Source: Podarcis vaucheri
Taxonomy: Eukaryota
Length of the DNA stretch: 64,000 nucleotides
Direction: 5' to 3' (one strand)
Assembly (NCBI GenBank): GCA_965113315.1
Contig: OZ220364.1
Position numbers and translations under genes: made by a program. Positions 36,801 to 48,800 of the stretch are shown one piece after another. Positions within the stretch are counted from its first letter, which is position 1; every line of letters begins with the position of its first letter. The notes under the pieces were generated by a model. It was not told the DNA's origin and ran no database searches. It worked only from the letters and a program-made list of their open reading frames with translations.

Positions 36801-39800
36801 AGAGCATGTAGAAAGACTGAGGGAGGAAAGGGGACAGAGGTGAAGGCTTGAGGAAAGCGCTGTGACAGGGTGGCTAGGAAACAAGGGTTGGAAGAAGGAA
36901 CAGCCTGGTGGGATGAGGGCTAGTGGAAGAAGCCCAAAGCAATTCTGATGTTACTAGATGCTAAGCACTCTTGCGTGTCAACTATCTAATATTGCCAGAT
37001 ATAGAATGCGAATTCATTGAACGTCAGATGAATGAAGCCCCTGCCCCCAAATTGTAGTTGGGTCCCCTCTCTTACCTCATTCTTCCAGTTACTGAAGACC
37101 TAACAGGCTTTTATTTAATGTGTTCTGAGTACTGCAGACTTATGCAAGAATACTTGAGTATGTAAAATACTTCTTGGAGCAAGTACATTTCAGCTGTTGG
37201 CAGATCTAATTCAGCTTCATCTTAAGAAGTCTTTCTTCGCTGAAGTTGTGAAACTCAGCCCAAGGGCCAGGGGAGGCAATGGCATTTGGAATTGAATTGC
37301 ATGTGCACTGCACACCGTGAACCTATGCTGAACGGGATGCACTTGGTCTAACGTAGCCGATGCATGAATAACCACCTTTTGTGTAATTGGTTTTAAGGCA
37401 AACATGTCTCAAGGGACAACTGACAGAGCTCTGATTTTGTATTACTAAGTTAATAGCTTTTTAATTCTAGCTGATGAGCCGGATACCCAGTCATGGCGCA
37501 GTCCGCTGAAAGCAATTTCAGAGTTCTTTAAAGGTGACCCACAGGGTGAATCTAATGAGACAGGTTTGAACTTTTACTAACTAATTACCTGTGCCTCCAG
37601 CAAATCCTCTAAACTGTATAAAGTGCTGCTGTGAATGAGCTTAATTGAACTTCTGTGCTTAACTGCTGCTGTACTATTAATTCTCCACTGAGTTATCCTT
37701 TTTACTAAACAATTCCTTGTTTGATTTATATGCACACTTACTTTGGTCCTTGATCTAAATTGTAACTGCAGGCAGTTCTAATCACGTTTGCAACTAATCT
37801 TGTGAAATAGCTGCATGTGCCAATCCACATATCTTGATTTTCTGGGAATAGGTCCTTGGAGCTCTTCTTACCTTGAACTAGCCGATCATAACACTTGTTT
37901 GACAGCACCAAATTTTGTTGACTGCGCTCAACTTGTCAATGTCATACTGAGGCGTAGAGCCTAAAGAAGGCAGGGTATTTTTTCCCCATTCTGTGCCAGT
38001 TTTCATATGTTTATTCATATGTCAGTTTGATCCCATTTCTACATTAATCTGCATTTTTTATATAAAAAGCATGAGCATTGTATTCAAATACATATTGTCA
38101 TAATAAATACTTTAAAATGCATATCTTATCAGTTTCTCAACCTTTTAAATGCTAAAATATGCAGTTTAATTTTTTACACATTTTGCTGTTTTTGAGAAGT
38201 GTTTTGCTGCAAAATTTGGAGAGCTGTTCTGATCTTTGTATTAATCTGGGAGGTGCAAATTGATTTGGTTTGCTCATTGATGCAGACCAAATAAATCTCT
38301 CCTCCATCCCTGGGTTATAACGAAAGTTACTAACTATTCCAGACTAACACGCAGTACTGAATTGGATGTTGAGCCTAATCAGTAGTAGTGTTTAAATAAA
38401 AAAAGTCTTCCTTTTTCTGGAAGCTTATATTTAAATGTGCCCGATAACTGACCTAACCAGCTGTATAATTTTGGAACAATAAATCACTCCAACCCCTATT
38501 TGATGGGGGTTTCTTAGCTTACAGCCATTGGAGTTGAGCCAGCCAAGGAACTGCTAGTGATTTCACCTCTCTCTAATTGATGAGGTCACAGACTGGGAAT
38601 GATAGGAATAAATTGCCTTATCTGAACAGACCACAAAGCAGATGTCTCTGCAGATTTCTTGCAAAGCTTTAAATCAGCATTGTGTGCGTGTGTCGGTGCT
38701 CAAAGCGGCAAAAATTGCTTGTGTGTCATTGAGGCCTTTGATGAGAAGGTGGCCAAAGGAATTGAAATGTGGTCTTTTTACTATTTAGGCTTGGCAGAAC
38801 CCGTAAATATAGTTGACAATGGTGATGGCACCCATACAGTAGCCTACACACCTACGAAAGAAGGTCCCTACACAGTTGCAGTAAAATATGCAGATGAAGA
38901 GATTCCTCGCAGGTAAGAGTGGGGTGCAGGAAACAAAGCTTATTGTGCAAACTGCAGTGCTGTTGGCTGGCCTCCAAATTTGAGGTGGGTTGCATTGTTG
39001 TTCATGAGCTTAGTCTTTGCACTTAGTTTTGGCAAAGAGGCTTCAAAGAAATGCTTCTACAGCAAGGACTTGGTTCCTCCTGGTGGTTGTCAGAGAGGGG
39101 GAAGAGGCTACAAAGTGCTGTGCATTTCCTTGAACTGTAGAATCTAGCAAACATTCTGTAACTAGCCCAGTGTTTGCTTCTGCCAAGGACCAGCTTGTTT
39201 ATTTATGTGCTGCTATTATTGCTTGAATGCCAAAATAGGCTTCCGAGAAGATTTACAAACCACCAAAACGAGTTACACAAGCATTAAAATGCAAGTGCCC
39301 ATCGCTGAAAGGCACAACGAAACAACACAGCAATTAAAAACAGGGGTCAAAAAATCTCTAGGGAATGCCTGCGTAAACAGGTATGTCTGTCCCACTCTCT
39401 TCCCCAAATGTCTAGTAGGTTTGTACGTATAGTAATGAGTGGTTCCCTAACTCCTACATCAAAAAGGTTCAGTGACTAATCCAGTGTCTGGCCTTCGACA
39501 GTAATCTCGTACCTTTGTTTAACCTTCAGAAATACTTTCTTCATGCCGGTGAGGCATCTGCTTACATGATCTTCATTGCTGAAATATGTCGCTCTGTTCT
39601 TTCAACAGCCCATTCAAAGTTAAGGTGCTTCCAACATACGATGCCAGTAAAGTGACGGCGAGTGGGCCAGGGCTAAGCTCCCATGGGGTTCCTGCCAGCA
39701 TGCCCACCGAGTTTGCTGTTGATGCTAGAGATGCAGGCCAAGGACTTCTCTCAGTGCATGTGACTGTAAGATACAATTTCTTCCTACTGTTGACCATTTA

Positions 39801-42800
39801 ACACAGGAGCTGAATCTTCACACGCTGAACTCAAAGACCCCTGGTATTTTGAGTAGGAGAACTAGAATGTTTCCTTCTGATGCACTGCTGAGCATTACTG
39901 GGGTTTCAACAGGGCAGGCCTCCATTCAGCAGTGCCCTTAAAGCTTTCCTTTAAAAGTATCAGTGGGCAAACTTTGCTCTCTTTATATATCACCCAAATT
40001 TAGCAAGGCTACTGTGTGCTGACTATTTCTAGGCAAAGCTTTTGGCTCCTAATAGATAGAGGATGTCCTGGACATAGTACAGTGCTTTTTGGTGTGAACT
40101 ATTCCTAGCCTTTTCAGATCCCCATAAACTAGGCCAGTCTGCAGTTTTCACCATGAATGAACATAGACAAGGTTTTGTGGAAGGGCCAGTACATACTTCA
40201 GAGGTAATCATAGCTGTTCTGGGCTCTGTTTCAAGGCAGCTTTGTCATGAGCATTTGCAAAGACAAACCTTGGTTTCGAGGGATGCTAGTTAACCCCCAC
40301 AGTCCATTAAAGCAAACAAGTATGTATTAGCCAGAATAATGCATGGTGTCCCACTCCCCTAATAAGCAGTGCTATGAAAACTTGTTATAAAAATATAATG
40401 GAAGAGTAGAGCTTGCATTTTACCCAGAGGACCTTTGACTTGCAGCTATTAGTCAAAAACTGCACAGATACAACACCTAAAAGCTGTCTGGTGACATGAT
40501 ATGCAATAGTCTTGCATTTAGACTCCTGTTTCAGTATAAACCTAGATCATTCTTAATGAAGCAGAAACAGGTTAACAAAAATGACTGCTTCCAGTGTAAC
40601 ATGGAAAGTGTTTGCATTACCCACAGAAGAAAGCCAATTGTACATTGCTTATCCAAAGCCTGTGATATTTCTTGCAGGATCCAGGCAATGTGGATATTTA
40701 CTGCCAAATCTTGTCCTAAGGATTTTTTCTTGTCACAAGATTGGCTTTTACAGGCAGCAACAAATCACATTTGTTTGAACTTCCATGTCAACCTCAAACT
40801 GCCCTTTGATTGCTTAAATACCAGGTCCCCTTGAAAATAAAAAACAGCATGTTATAGAAACTGTCAATTTCAGGGTAAACCTGAAGTTCAGATGTAAACC
40901 TGAACGTCTGCTGTTTTTAGAGCTTACGCTCTGCGTCTTCTTTGTGATTGCGGCTTTCTTGCTGATTGTGGCTTCGCTTCTGGCATTCAGGACCAAGAAG
41001 GCAAACCAAAGAGGGTTGATGTCCAAGACAACCAAGATGGCACTTATGCAGTGACTTACCTCCCTGACAAGACTGGTCGCTACTCAGTTGGCATTAAATA
41101 CGGTGGGGACGATATCCCCCTTTCTCCATACCGAATCCGTGTGTCGCCAGCAGGAGATGCTAGCAAGTGTCAGGCAACAGGTAAATTCGTTCTGTTTTCT
41201 CACTGTAAGCAAGTGTTTTATAAGAGTCAGGCAAGCTATGCAAACTGCTCTCCTAAAAGCCTATGCACAGATACATTGAAGTGAAATGGGCTACCTGCCC
41301 TATATGATCAGCACACATACTTAAACAGTAACTTTTAAAATCCGCATTTGTACCAAGATAGCATTTTGATGTGCAGCCTTTAAACAAACAAAATGCCTTG
41401 CACTAGGTCTGACTTTTGGTTAATCTGGCTTAGTTTTGCCTTAAACTGACTGACAGTGGTTTCATGTAAAGGGCCTTCTCAGCCCTACCTGGAGATGCCA
41501 GGGATTGAACCTGAGCCCTTCTGCATGCAAAACAGATGCTCTACCACTGAGCTGCACCCCTTCACCATGCACAGTGATTCCCCTTGGTGATTGCAGCTTG
41601 ATGCAAGAATAAGTTGAGCCCAAAAGTCTGCTGCAGAACTAGTTCAAAGTGGAGCCTGTGGCCAGATGCCAACTGTGGGCCCCCAATAGGCATCTATCAA
41701 GCACAAAGAATGTGGAAGTGTTGGTAAGCATGCCAGCCTCTTAGGAAAGCATCCATTACAGCCTGCAGCAAAGCTCTAATGCTAGAGCCTAGGGTTGACT
41801 GCAGGGAAAGACCATGTTTGCACCAAAGGAGTGACTGCATTGTTGCCTTAATCCACAGCGTTCTGTTTCTGGTAGGGTGTATGTTGTGACATCTTCTGGT
41901 TGTTTAAAGGCATTAAGGGGGCACAGTGGGCTTCAAGGGAAAGAGCAGCTGTCTCTGCTGTGATAACCACCTACTTCTTTTCACACTCCCCACCTTACAA
42001 CCAGCAACCTGTCGTTTGAAAGCTGACACAAGGGCTCCTTTAAAGTTAAGCCAAACTACTTTAGTGTTCACAAACGTACAGACCTCTCCTTATCAAAGTA
42101 TGCTGTGGTACCCTGATAAAAATTCTCATCTGTAAAACATTGCTGTCTTGTGTGAAAAATGCTTTTGATGTGTTACGAGTGCCAGATAAAGGAGAAATGG
42201 ATCTGAAGGTGCAAATGAATCTCTTCCCCACTTCATCCACCTCCACACGCACCCAGGGGAGCCTTGCGCAACAGCTGGGCTGGTTTGCAAAGGTTTCATG
42301 ACAAAAGCCTGGTTTAGGCTTGTTTGTCTGCAGAAGTTTGGAATAGCTTGCTGTGTGTTTCATAATGCAGGTGTCCAAAAGGAAACTGCACAGGACTTTC
42401 TTGGCATAAGATATGAGAATCTGCTCTGATGCTCACCATACCATTTATCTCGTAGGTCCTGGCATTGCAGACACAGTGAAGTCAGGAGAGGAAGTTGGCT
42501 TTGTGGTTGATGCTAAATCTGCAGGCAAGGGCAAAGTGACGTGCACTGTCCTGACACCAGAGGGTACAGAAGTCGAAGCAGAGGTCATTGAAAACGAGGA
42601 TGGAACATACGACATCTATTATACAGCTGCCAAACCAGGAACCTATGTAATTCATGTCCGCTTCGGTGGAGTGGACATTCCAAACAGCCCCTTCACTGTC
42701 ATGGTAAGATGCCTGGCTTTTGGTTTTGAAACCCTTTGCGTGAACTTAAGAGTAGACTGATAAGTAGTGAGCACGTTAGCTTTAATAAGTCACATGAAGT

Positions 42801-45800
42801 TTGACACACAGTTGTTTGCAGCCTGTTAGTCCAAACCTTATCAAGAGTAATGAGAAGAAAGTTCTGTTGAGTTCAGTAGGACAAACTCACAGGTAAGTGG
42901 CGCTAGGATTGCAGCCTAAATTAGCATTTGGCGTGAGCTGAGTGTTTTGCCTATGTGGTTCTTGTGGACAAAGCAGTGTTTTTTCCGGCTATGAGAAATA
43001 CTACCTCACAAAACCCTAGTGTCGGATGCCATTCTTCTGTTCAGATGTTCTGTTGTACCACTTTCCCCCTTGTTCAGGGCTCTTCGCCGTTGTGGTCCCA
43101 GCTAGTTGGGAACTGTGAGCAAGAAGTCAGCCCAACACAGAGTGCTTGCGCAAGAATGGAGTTCCGTCCCAAAGGGCTTTGGGGCACATTCTCGTTTCAT
43201 GTGGAAGAGAGGGAAGGTGGCTAGCTTGGAAGTGCCATGGAACCCTTGCATTCTGCTTCTGGTGTAGCTGCTTTCATATGTACCTCTTAAGTTGTGATGT
43301 TTTTTATAAGCTCTATGAATGAAGAGGGTTTTTAAAACTATACCTTGCCTTTTGCCACTAACTAGGCTACAGATGCAGATGAAGTTGCAGTGTTGTCTCA
43401 GGAGCCACTAAATGCAGCATGTCCCCCTGGATTCCATCCCTGGGTACCTAGTTTTGTTTTTTTACACTGTCTTCCGTGTTCCATGCAAGAGTTGACATCC
43501 TGCCTCTTGGGTCTGTTTAAGCTTGCTTTCTTGTCATATCTTACTGGTGATCAAAAAGCTACTTTGGGGCAACTTGGGTTTGATTCAGAACCTTCCTTCA
43601 AATATATATATATATTTAACAACTCTTAACATCATAATCATTTTAAACGCTGCATCTGTGGTACTTTGTCCTTAGGGAGCTATTTTCTTCTTGACTTCAG
43701 ATGGTGAACGGCTTCTTCCTAGAGTATTGTCACTGACCATGTTGCTCTGGCTTTATGTTTTGGTTTCTCTTCTGCTCTAAAAAAACCACAACTTTCTTCC
43801 AGACCATAGCCAGCTTCAGTGTTCCTTTGGACGGAGCTATCCTTGCATCTTTTACTCTTCCATTTTGTATGTTTTTAAAACTCTCTTCTGAATGTTTTTC
43901 GCATTAAACAATGAATGGGAGCAAAGCTTTGTGTGGTGGTCAACAGTCGGCAGTTGAGTGGTGTCTTCATTCTGGATGCAACTGTCTGGACTGACCAAAA
44001 ATAGCTAAGCAAACTGTTTTGTGCTAGAACTCCTAAAATGACAATAACTTTTTCTCCACAATAGGTCACAGAAGAAGCTTATGTTCCTGATGGTGACATG
44101 AATGGTCTTGGGTTTAAGCCCTTTGATATGGTCATTCCTTTCGCAGTAAGAAAAGGAGAAATAACTGGTAAACAAGCTTTCAGCACACAGTTGATGACTC
44201 TCTTTAAAGCAGTGATGCGGACCCTGTGGCCCGCCAGATGTTGGGCTCTTAACTCCCACAGTCCCTGACTGCTGGTTGGGGCTGATGTGGGTTAGAGGCA
44301 ACATCTGGAGAGCTACAGAGTCTCCATCCCTTAGTTAATGTCAAGGAAAATGCCTTGCCCCCACCTGTCTTTTGGGTGCCCCTTGCATGGCTCAGTAGTT
44401 TAGCTTTGTAATACATTGTAATAGAAGCATAGATTTCACCCTGCAATATAATCCTTCAAAAAGATTGCGCTATTGTTTGGCCTTAGCAGAGCTGGGAGGA
44501 GATAAAAATGAAGCTCTCCTAGAGTAGCCGTGATTGTCCTGTCCTTGTTCCCCGCTGCGCAAGTCTATTTAATCTGCTCTTAAGCATCATCCAGCTCTTC
44601 ATTGGGGCCTTCGATTATTATTTCTTATTATTATTTATTGAATTTCTATATTGCCCTTCATCTGAGGATCATGGAGCGCTTCACAATATAAAAACCCAAA
44701 AATACATAACATAACAATTATCATTATTGTTATTTATTGAATCTGTATACCACCCTTCATCCATAGATCTCAGGGCTGTTCACAACAAAAACAAGAAAAA
44801 GCCTTGCACAAAATGCTAAAACCAAAGCGCCTGAAAATAATATCCCACCCCTGCACTGTTAAAAAGGCCATAGATTGTTTAATTTGCCAAAGGTCTGGTT
44901 GAAGAGGAACATTTTTGCCTGGTGCCTAAAGGTGTTACAATGAAGGTACCAGGCGAACCTCCCTGGGGAGAGCATTCCACCAAGTGGGAAGCCACTGCAG
45001 AAAAGACCTTTCTCATGTTCTCCAGATCTCTTATGGAGGAGACACACAGAGGAGGGCCTTTGATCATGATTGCAAGGTCCGGGTAGGTTCATATGGGGAA
45101 AGGCTGTCCTTGAGGTATTGCGGTTCTGAGCTTGAAAACAGTCAGCTTTGGCAGGCCATGGCAAACTCTATAGAGAGTTGTAGATGCCACCATGGCAAAC
45201 TCTATAGAGAGTTGTAGATGCCACCTGATGGCTTTATGGATTTTGTCTGTCTAAGCCAACCTTCAAGGACACGACTTGGGTTAAAGAATATTAGTGTGTT
45301 ATACTCTGGTCATTATAAGAAGAATAAATGGATCTCCAAACCTTAATGCAGGAGAATTTTTGGAATGCTTTCAAAGAAATGCAGGGAAACCTTTGCACCT
45401 TTGTATAAACGCCCCCCCCCCCCCCGTTTATATGAGTGAAAGGGGGGGGCAATACCGTGTGGATTTGAGTTTGAAAACATCAAAACACATGGCTTTGCTT
45501 TTTGAAGTATTTTGCAGTTTGAATTCAGTTTGAGCCTTGTGTTTTCAGGGGAAGTTCACATGCCCTCGGGGAAGACTGCACCAGCAGATATTGTTGATAA
45601 CAAGGATGGCACTGTAACCGTCAGCTATGCCCCTGTTGAGGTTGGATTGCATGAAATGCATATCAAATACATGGGCAGTCATATTCCAGGTGAGTGCCAG
45701 CTGATCTCAAATCAGCGCTACGTTATAAGAACTCAGCTGTTGTTGATTTGCTGCATTTGCCGTTGTTGAGGGCTTCATTTATTCACACTTTTTCTTCAAT

Positions 45801-48800
45801 TGTGGACACTTCAGTCCTATGAGTTGCCTTGGTCTAGGGTTGTATTGCATGCCTCGTATGGCGATGGCAGCTGAGTGAAGGCAGGAGGAATTCTTAGTGG
45901 GTTTACAGCCTGTGCCAGACTTAAAACAGATTTGGCTTTTGTGGACAGAGTTTTGTGGCCTTACTTTTGCAGTTAGCTTGGAACTTATAATTAACTTATT
46001 TTAGTGAGGAGGTACTACAACTAGATTTGAGAAAAAGTTTTGAAATGCATGTGTAAAATATTAGGCCTCCTTTGCTTAAACTATAATCTGTGGAAAGGAT
46101 CAAGCTATAAAGAGCTCAGCCCAATTTCCTAGTGAAGTACTTATGCTGCCAGTTTTGACTGCCTGCGCCACTTTTGCTGGCTGACTCGCATGCATGGTCT
46201 TCATTGAGAAGTTGTAAAAATGAAATCTGAATACAATCCATCTGGCCTCCCCCCTCCCCCGCCTCCTCTCTTAAGCCAACACTATTAGCTAGCTTAAGGT
46301 TTACTACTTGGCAAGAATTTTCAATTAATTTTATCTGGGAAAATGGACAAATCCCTGGTAGTTCAGCTTTTGCATACATATTCTCCTGGCTTACTGGTAT
46401 TGATACAACCAAGAATTCTGCATGGATATTTTTCCTCTTTGGCATGCTGGTGCTTCGGGGATCACACTCGGTGCCTTTCCGCACCTGTAGTGCCGCTGCT
46501 CAAATAATTTCTATTACATCACTTAGAGTTTTGTGACTAAGCAGCTTTCTAAATACATAAAACAGAAAGAGGTGGATGTCCTGTTCCATGCTACCTGTGT
46601 GTACAGCTCCCTATCTACTCTTGGAAGCGGCATTGCAGGTTTCTGCCCATGTCAAAAGGGGCTTTTTGTTCCTTGAACTGGGGCACATCCAGACAAACTG
46701 GAGCCGGCTCATAGCTTTTGGGGACAGGGACATGTTCAGCTATTTCAGCTTTGAAGCCTGTGGCAGAGCTAGAAATAGAAGCGCCAGTTAAGTCCCAGCC
46801 ACAAGAACAGTCTCTGCATAAATCTGGACTTTTTTTATTATATAAAAAAATAGCATTGGCTTTTTTATGTGCTCCGTGATGACTGGCTTAGTGAACCTCT
46901 GGCAAACTCAAACTTCACTGGCAGCAACCAGTTGATAAATTTGTAAGGAATAGGATCCTTTACATGGGCATGACTGAGGACCTGCTTTTTGCTTGCTGGT
47001 AGAAAGCAACTGCACGGGACGGTTGGAGTCCCTGCTGTGTGGATGTATAAGCTGGGAGACTTTGATGGAGGGCTGGGTGCTGCATATGTTCATTATTTGC
47101 AGTAGTAGGCTTTCTAGAGTGCTCTAGTACACTTTGGGGCAGTGAATAAATGTGAAACCTAAATGGAAACTAGTGAAACACTGAAATCAGAGGAGGATAA
47201 AGTTACTGGAACTGAGCAGAAGGCTCGAAAAACTTTCCTAAATGCTCATGATTGACAGTGGATCTTGCATTTAATTTCTTGCAAGGCTCTCCAGCATCAG
47301 AGGCATCATGCCTCCATATATGAATGGCTGGACAGCTGCAGCACAAGAGAGCGATTGCCCCCATGTCCTCCTGCTTGTGGGTTTCCTAGATAAGCATCTG
47401 GTTAGCCACTGTGGCCAATGGATGCTGGAGTAGATAGATCTTGGTCTTATATAGCAGGGGCCTTAATACGTAGCATTCTCTGTCATACGGAAGGGAATAT
47501 AGGGAGGGACTGAAAATAAATACTGTGTGTGCAAGCTTAAGACGTATTAAATTGCTGAGTAAACACACAAATTTATATTCGTTCTCTTTGGAGAGATGTA
47601 CAAAAAGATGTTGAAATAATTTAAACATCCTATCTCAAGTGTGTTTATGCATAGTTTTTCAACCTTTGCAGAGAGCCCTCTACAGTTCTACGTGAATTAT
47701 CCCAACAGTGGAAATGTAACTGCTTATGGACCTGGCCTTGTCTATGGTGTAGCAAACAAGCCAGCAACCTTTACCATAGTCACAGAAGATGCTGGTGAGG
47801 GTAAGTGGTCTGTTCCGTAGTCTCGGAAGAATTTACTTGACATGAATCCTGTCTGATTTTTGGTGGAATATTTAACTTCCATGTAAGCATGCCCCAAAAT
47901 TTAAATCCCGAGGCGGATGCTATAATCAGACTTCATAGAGGTTGAATAGAAATAATTCATCATTTTCTTCATTTCCCCAGTAACTTTAGGGATCCATAAA
48001 ATATACCAGTGCATGGTTCAACATAGCATCACTAACAGATTGTACTTCTGAAGCATTTTGCAGATTACATGATGTGTTACAACTGTCCCATCTAACATTA
48101 TGGTGACCCTAATGATGGGTTAGGCTGAGAGCTACCCAAAGCCACGAAGTGAGCTTTATGGCTGAGCTTGGATGTGTACCTGCAAGTCCAAATACAATTC
48201 TGGACACTGAACCCTCCTTTAGGAGAAACGTAGATGTTTCTGTATAGAGCCATAGACTTGGGACACAGGGTCTTTCTGCCCTTGCAGTCCAACCGCTTGT
48301 TTGCAGCTGAAATTCAGAGCTGATTACAGTCAGTTTGACACAGACTTAATTCCCTTAATTCAAAGTTGCTTGCTTTCACTCCCCATAAAACATTTTTGAA
48401 ACTTGTATATGACAAATGAGATCTTCAGAGGGCTAGCCATGATGCTCAGTTCAAGCAGGGCCCCCCACATCTGGAACTGAAACTTGGTTCTTAATTGAAG
48501 TTCACTGATTTTTATTTCAGACAATGTCTTGAAAAATGTAAGTTTGAGAATTCTTGTGGCACTTTTTTCTCCAACGTGACAGGTGGCTTGGACCTAGCAA
48601 TTGAAGGTCCCTCCAAGGCAGAGATCAGTTGTATTGATAACAAGGATGGCACTTGCACCGTGACTTACTTGCCAACTCTTCCAGGAAACTACAGTATATT
48701 AGTCAAATACAATGACAAACACATCCCAGGAAGCCCATTCACTGCCAAAATCACAGGTACGAGGAGCACTTGAAACAGCTACGATGGGCCTAAAAGCTTT

